From NCBI GenBank assembly GCA_965198115.1, contig OZ240241.1:7232001-7296000 (forward strand): a stretch of 64,000 nucleotides of DNA, in the 5' to 3' direction. The notes below the pieces were generated by a model, which was not told the DNA's origin, did no database searches, and saw nothing but the letters and a program-made list of their open reading frames with translations. A program made the translations under genes and the position numbers. Below are positions 59,171 to 64,000 of the stretch, piece after piece (positions within the stretch are counted from its first letter, which is position 1; each line of letters starts with the position of its first letter). This DNA comes from Candidatus Latescibacterota bacterium (GTDB lineage: Bacteria; Latescibacterota; UBA2968).

Positions 59171-61791
59171 ATGGCTTCCGTCCATAAATTCCCCGCCAGG
59201 AACAACTGGCGAGTGTCCTATTATTTGAAGCTCAATGGTAAGTCAGTAAAGAAGGCCAAGTATGCAAAGCTCAAGGCAGAAGCCAATGCCCTCAAGACTC
59301 AAGTTGAGAGATTGGAGGCCGCAGCCCGGACGGGCCTGGCTGTAGAAGCTGACATTCAGGAGTGGATTGAGAGGGGCTGGATAAAGAAGGAAGAAGCCGG
59401 CACCGTCTTCAGAGGATATCTGGAAACTGCAAAGAGAAACTCAAGAGCCACCCTCCAGAAGACGGGCTATCAAGAAATCCTGCGAGCCTATGAGGACTAT
59501 GCAGCAGATGTGGGTAAAGGTGGAGTAGGAAGGAAGTCTTACAAGAACCACATAAGTCTTGCCGGGCAGGTATTGGAGTGGCTCGGAACCCATCATCCAA
59601 ATCTCAGGGAGCTCACCACGCATGATGTGTCAAATTATTTAGCCCAGCTCAGGAGGAACTACTCGGATTGGAGTGTTTATCACTACCACACCAAACTCAG
59701 ACTCTTGCTCGACCAGGCCATTAGACTCGGAATGCTTTCTGAGAACCCGGCACGGCAAGTTAAGATTCGCCAGCCAAGGAAGTCCAAGGAGCGTAGGGTC
59801 CTCACCGAAGAAGAAGCAAAATACATCCTAGACGCTTCCTTGAACTATCGGACGAGAATAAGTGGCAGCCTGCCCACAGTAGTCAGACTTGGGCTCTACG
59901 CGGGACTGAGGGATGAAGAAATGTGCTGGCTCAGATGGGATGCAATCGATCGGAGGGGTGGAATAATCGACATCCACAGATCCGCTTGCGAGGAAACAGG
60001 CGAGACTTGGGTGCCCAAAGATAGCGAAGCCCGTCGGTTAGATATCAAGCTGAGCTTTGTCGACTATCTTCAAGAGGAATGTAAACGGCAGGAGGATGAG
60101 GGAATGCTCGGGCCGTTCGTGATGCCTGGTGGGGATTCGAGGAGAAAGGGCTACCGGAAGAGGCCGCTTTCCCAAGCTGCACCGCAAAAGGCCTTTTCAC
60201 TGATGATCCGTGCGGAGAAAATCGATCCAGAAATTAGGCTCTATCCGGGTTTCTCAACGGTGAAACTATAGAATGACAAGGTCATAGATCGTTCCCTACG
60301 CTTGGTTGTGTGTGTAGGACAATCAAAGCGAAGGGGGTGCGACCTATGACCGGGAGCAGATTACTATCGAAACTGCTGAGATTCAAGGGGTTCCGTGTTG
60401 TCAGCTGGTGGTTTGAGGGGAGAAGCTGCTTCGTCATCGCCGTAAAGCCCCATAAGAATGGTTGTTGTTGTCCGGAGTGCGGCCGTCGAGGTAAAATCGT
60501 CCGCACAATGCCCCATCCGCGTCGGTGGCGTGACATTCCGGTGTGCGGGTGGAGGGTCTGGCTTCTCTACCATCCTCGGGAGATTCGGTGTCCTACCCAC
60601 GGTCGTGTGGTCGAGGAGATTCCGTGGGCGGAGCGGTTGCGCTACTGCCAGACCATGACGCAGAAGGCGGCGTCCGAGTTACTGCGCATCTCTGCCTCGA
60701 CGCTGTCGGATCTCCTTCACCGATCCATCACGCGGCTTCGTGAAGGTCATCGTATCCGAGGGCTCAAAACCATCGGGATCGACGAGATCTCCTACGCCAA
60801 GCGTCACAGGTACGCCACGCTCGTTTACGATCTGGACCGCTCCTGCGTGGTGTGGGTTGGCCGCGGCAGGGCGCGTAAAACGATCGATCGGTTCTTCACA
60901 GAGGCTCTCAGTCCCTACCGGAGATCCAAGATCGAGTGGGCCTGCTGCGACATGAGCGAAGCTTACATCGGAGCCATCCAGGAACACTGTCCGAATGCCA
61001 AGCTGGTCCTCGATCGCTTTCACATCGTCAAGGCTCTCAATGCCGCCGTTGACGAGGTCCGTAAGGACCAGTGGCGTAAAGCTGCCCCGGATGAGCGCAA
61101 AGCCATGAAGGGCCTCCGATGGCTCCTCTACCGGCACTCAGCGACACGCTCCAGAGGGGATACTCGGACACTCAAAGCACTGGAGAAGGCGAACTACCGA
61201 ATCTATAGAGCCTGGAGACTCAAGGACGAGTTCGAGCAGTTCTGGGAATACAAAGCGCCCTGGGCTGCCGAACGCTTCCTGAAATGCTGGACGACGTCCG
61301 CACTCAGAAGTCGACTTGAACCCCTGCGAAAGTTCGTCAGGACCCTGCGACAGCACTTCTTCGGCGTCCTCGCATTCGTGAACACGCGTCTTACCAACGC
61401 CATCGCCGAAGGCCTCAACCGAATCGTCCAAATCGTCAAGAACCGAGCCAGCGGATTCCGCACACTCGACGCATTCAACGATATGATCTTCCTTACCGTC
61501 GGAGACATAAACATCCCTGAGCAGATTCCGAAGAGGTTCCGCACACTCTAACCGCGCCCCCATGCCAGGAACCACGGCACCTTCACCCACTCATCTCGTT
61601 GAGAGATCCGGATATAGCCAGAAATTACCGTCTACTCTCTCAGACACACATACGCGACGATGGCCCTCCGCAACGGCGTAGACCCTACAACGCTCCAGAA
61701 GCGGATGGGCCACGCCAGCCTAAACACGACGATGCAGTATCTCCACTACATCGAACCCGAGCAGCATCCAATGGATAGGCTTCCGTATTGA
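59171..61791 (+). pseudogene. Tyrosine recombinase/integrase interrupted by ISL3
   Basis: YAGLRDEE before the IS; EITVYSLRHTYAT...MGHASLNTTMQY after it; frame is continuous once the IS and one direct repeat are removed. Confidence 0.92.
60237..61619 (+). mobile_element. ISL3-family insertion sequence, copy 2 (transposase 60310-61551 with a 12-codon in-frame deletion)
   Basis: Same IRs as copy 1; 8-bp direct repeat AGAAATTA (60229-60236, 61620-61627). Confidence 0.95.
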
Positions 61792-61866
61792 CGCTGGCTT
61801 TTGCGGCAGCCAGTTGAGTGTTGCCGTCCCATCGACCTATAGTAATCCAAGCTGACTTAAATTCGG

Positions 61867-62127
61867 TCAGCTACACTCCTTCATCGCCTCCCATTCCAGC
61901 CGCAGCACATCCTTCAGCCGGTAACGGATTGTCTTCTTCCCCAGCCTGTAAGCCGGCAGATACAGACCCCGCGGATTCTCGCCCCTATGTAGTTCGTTGA
62001 GCTGCCTCTTTGTGATCCCAAGACGAGCCATCACCTGCTCGGGAGCCAAGAGTCTCTCGCCGTCGAGGAGGGCGTTTCCTTCCTCCTTCATGTACTCATC
62101 GAGTTTTGGTCTTGAATTTGGCATCAC
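61867..62127 (-). CDS. Excisionase-like (AlpA/MerR-type) HTH protein
   Basis: RLLAPEQVMARLGIT, LPAYRLGKKTIRYRLKDV. Confidence 0.75.
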   Translation of the reverse strand: MMPNSRPKLDEYMKEEGNALLDGERLLAPEQVMARLGITKRQLNELHRGENPRGLYLPAYRLGKKTIRYRLKDVLRLEWEAMKECS

Positions 62128-62166
62128 GATTTCGGTCTGTGGATGTCGCGTTGCATGTCTTTCCGG

Positions 62167-62970
62167 TTAGCTGGGCCGTTTCAGTTGCTTGATCATCCTA
62201 AGAATGCCGCGAAGCCCCTGAGCTATCACTCCCAGGTCCGCATCGTTGAGATCCTTTGGTAGGTTGCCCAAAGTCTTCAGAAGCCTCACGTACCGCTTAT
62301 CACTCGATAACCAATCGACGACATCCAGCATCTCCTTGTCTTCTGTCATCCGGGAGACCAATCCTCTTAGCTGCTTCGTCTCTTCCTTCCTGTCTGCCGC
62401 CAAGTGGGCTGTGATGGCATCGAGCGAAATCCCTCTCTCTCTTGCTTCCGCAAAGTGTTTAGTGCCAATGCTGACGATTGTCTCGATCATCTCGGCTTTG
62501 CGAGCATCGGACCATGCTGCCTTCTGAACCTGACTGCAATATCGGCGGGTGACGCCAGCGATACGGTCAGAATAGCCACCTGACTCTTCGGGGGGCCAAT
62601 CCAGCAAATCGGCGTCCAGAGCTATCAGTAGGTTGTTCTCAGTCAGGTTTATCTTTCTCCCTTCGGGATCTGGGTAAATCCCGTCAAGCCAACGCGCCGT
62701 GACCGATCGTTTACGACTCTCCAGCAGCTCCTCGAACTCCGTCCTGAACCGTGCCGTAATCCCCTCATTGACGATGTCTTCTGGCGTAGTCTCCAGCGCG
62801 CTCGCAATCCGCTCCAAGGTTCTCCATTCAAGGTTGGTGGCGTTTTCCCATACAGAGACTTGCTTCGGTGTCACTCTTAGCCTCTTGGCCAAGGCTGCCT
62901 GCGAGGAGGCAAGACCAGACCGCTCCCTTGCCTTCCTTACTCGATCGCCGATCGTCGTTCTTTCTTTCAT
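62167..62970 (-). CDS. XRE-family HTH transcriptional regulator (repressor-like)
   Basis: IGDRVRKARERSGL.SQAALAKRLRVTPKQVSVWEN...LERIASAL. Confidence 0.85.
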   Translation of the reverse strand: MKERTTIGDRVRKARERSGLASSQAALAKRLRVTPKQVSVWENATNLEWRTLERIASALETTPEDIVNEGITARFRTEFEELLESRKRSVTARWLDGIYPDPEGRKINLTENNLLIALDADLLDWPPEESGGYSDRIAGVTRRYCSQVQKAAWSDARKAEMIETIVSIGTKHFAEARERGISLDAITAHLAADRKEETKQLRGLVSRMTEDKEMLDVVDWLSSDKRYVRLLKTLGNLPKDLNDADLGVIAQGLRGILRMIKQLKRPS

Positions 62971-63643
62971 GTAGGTATATCCCTATACTCAATAGGAGTG
63001 AATTTATTTCTTAAATTTACGGTACTATTTAGGTATATCAAGGTCAGTATGACCCGTGGAGGCTCTATGCGCTCCCGAAGCCCCGTATCAGCAGTTGTTG
63101 ACGACATCACTGATGAAAAGCATGCGTCACATTGCCCAATTGATGAGGTAGTGGCTCTCGCGACGCTTCGCTCCTTGCGGAGGTCGGTAACTTGATCTGC
63201 GAGGTATCCCGCAGTCTGGACCGGGCTCAAGGATCGGTCTTGACGTCCTCTGGGTTCGGAACCTCGTCGAGGTCCTCGAAAACCCGCACAGAAGGGCAAA
63301 GTTAAGCCCGCTCAGAGCCCATAATCAAACCACCCCGAACGTCTCACACTACGAACATCGCACCCAGAAAGGGGTCTACACGCATCGACGTGAGAGAGGG
63401 ATCTACGTCTCGGGACCGATTTCGGACGGCGGGAAGATCAAGGACCGAGAGGCTATGCAGAAGCACGTGGATAGAGCGTGTCCGGCGTCAACTATTCTTT
63501 TCAGCGACAACTATAATTCCCGTTGGTTTCTTTGATCAGTCGAGTTCTTCAATGGTCTACCTTTCATCTGGCTACCTCCACCTGTGGTGTGGGTATCTGG
63601 CCGAAGAAGTCGACAGTTTGTGTTTTGGGAGTGGAGGATTGCA

Positions 63644-64000
63644 TTGAAAAAGAAACTACCAAGACCACCGAATGGTGTGCGAGAAGCCAAAGAGCAGGCC
63701 CTGAGGATCGACGTGCGCCAGCTGGAGGCAAAGGGTAAAGGCCCAGCCGAGATTGCCCAAGAGCTTGGTCAGTCAGAGAAGATCATCGAAGAAGTGATCC
63801 AGCGTCTGAGGACACAGTCGATCTACACGAACCAGGATCTTCGCGTGGAGAACGTCCTCGCCTCATACTTGCAGAGACTCCAAGTGATCGATTCTGCGAC
63901 TTGGCGGGCGATTGAGGAGGCCGAGGATGTGTGGCAACAGAGGGCACTTCTGCTCGACCTGCGGACCTCGCTCCACAAGAGTCTGAAGGAAATGACGGGC
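63644..64000 (+). CDS. HTH protein, partial (runs off window)
   Basis: Hand translation from TTG after GGAGG: ...LEAKGKGPAEIAQELGQSEKIIEEVIQRL..., open for 119 codons to the window end. Confidence 0.65.
   Translation, partial: MKKKLPRPPNGVREAKEQALRIDVRQLEAKGKGPAEIAQELGQSEKIIEEVIQRLRTQSIYTNQDLRVENVLASYLQRLQVIDSATWRAIEEAEDVWQQRALLLDLRTSLHKSLKEMTG

Larger units (their letters stand above)
58965..64000. mobile_element. tRNA-integrated element (prophage, satellite or island), left part
   Basis: Integrase next to tRNA 3' end, excisionase-like and XRE genes, visibly lower GC; runs off the window. Confidence 0.8.

Noticed and set aside
17323-61619. Composite transposon bounded by the two ISL3 copies
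   Set aside because: Each copy has its own distinct 8-bp target duplication and the interval holds core genes
1-64000. CRISPR array or cas genes
   Set aside because: No regularly spaced 25-45 bp repeats with unique spacers; repeats seen are dispersed or short tandem units

Overview
The window looks like a metagenome-assembled mosaic. About 1-9.66 kb is visibly more GC-rich: an IS3 right end, two probable IS1595-end remnants flanking a TonB-dependent receptor, frameshifted hsp20 and D-Ala-D-Ala dipeptidase genes, and a complete PotABCD-type ABC operon. From about 9.66 kb a less GC-rich backbone begins abruptly inside an ABC permease. Its gene content (two PorV-like barrels, tgt-yajC-fmt, PASTA-rpe, ffh-rpsP-rimM-trmD-rplS) suggests an FCB-group organism such as Latescibacterota (inference only). 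It carries an IS1380, two near-identical ISL3 copies, an IS256 inserted in the 5' end of tRNA-Val(TAC), and, from the tRNA 3' end to the window edge, an integrative element (integrase split by ISL3, excisionase-like, XRE repressor, HTH gene). Most notable: (i) a six-gene PspA/ESCRT-III-like plus polyamine locus (lipoprotein, DUF350, membrane aminopropyltransferase facing DUF4178, PspA, YbjN) arranged as two convergent halves; (ii) many short intergenic repeats, including 7-mer and 9-mer periodic arrays that occur as inverted pairs, one pair bracketing a whole gene; (iii) several proteins with degenerate catalytic motifs. Scattered small frameshifts may be assembly errors. All family calls come from motif recognition, not database searches.
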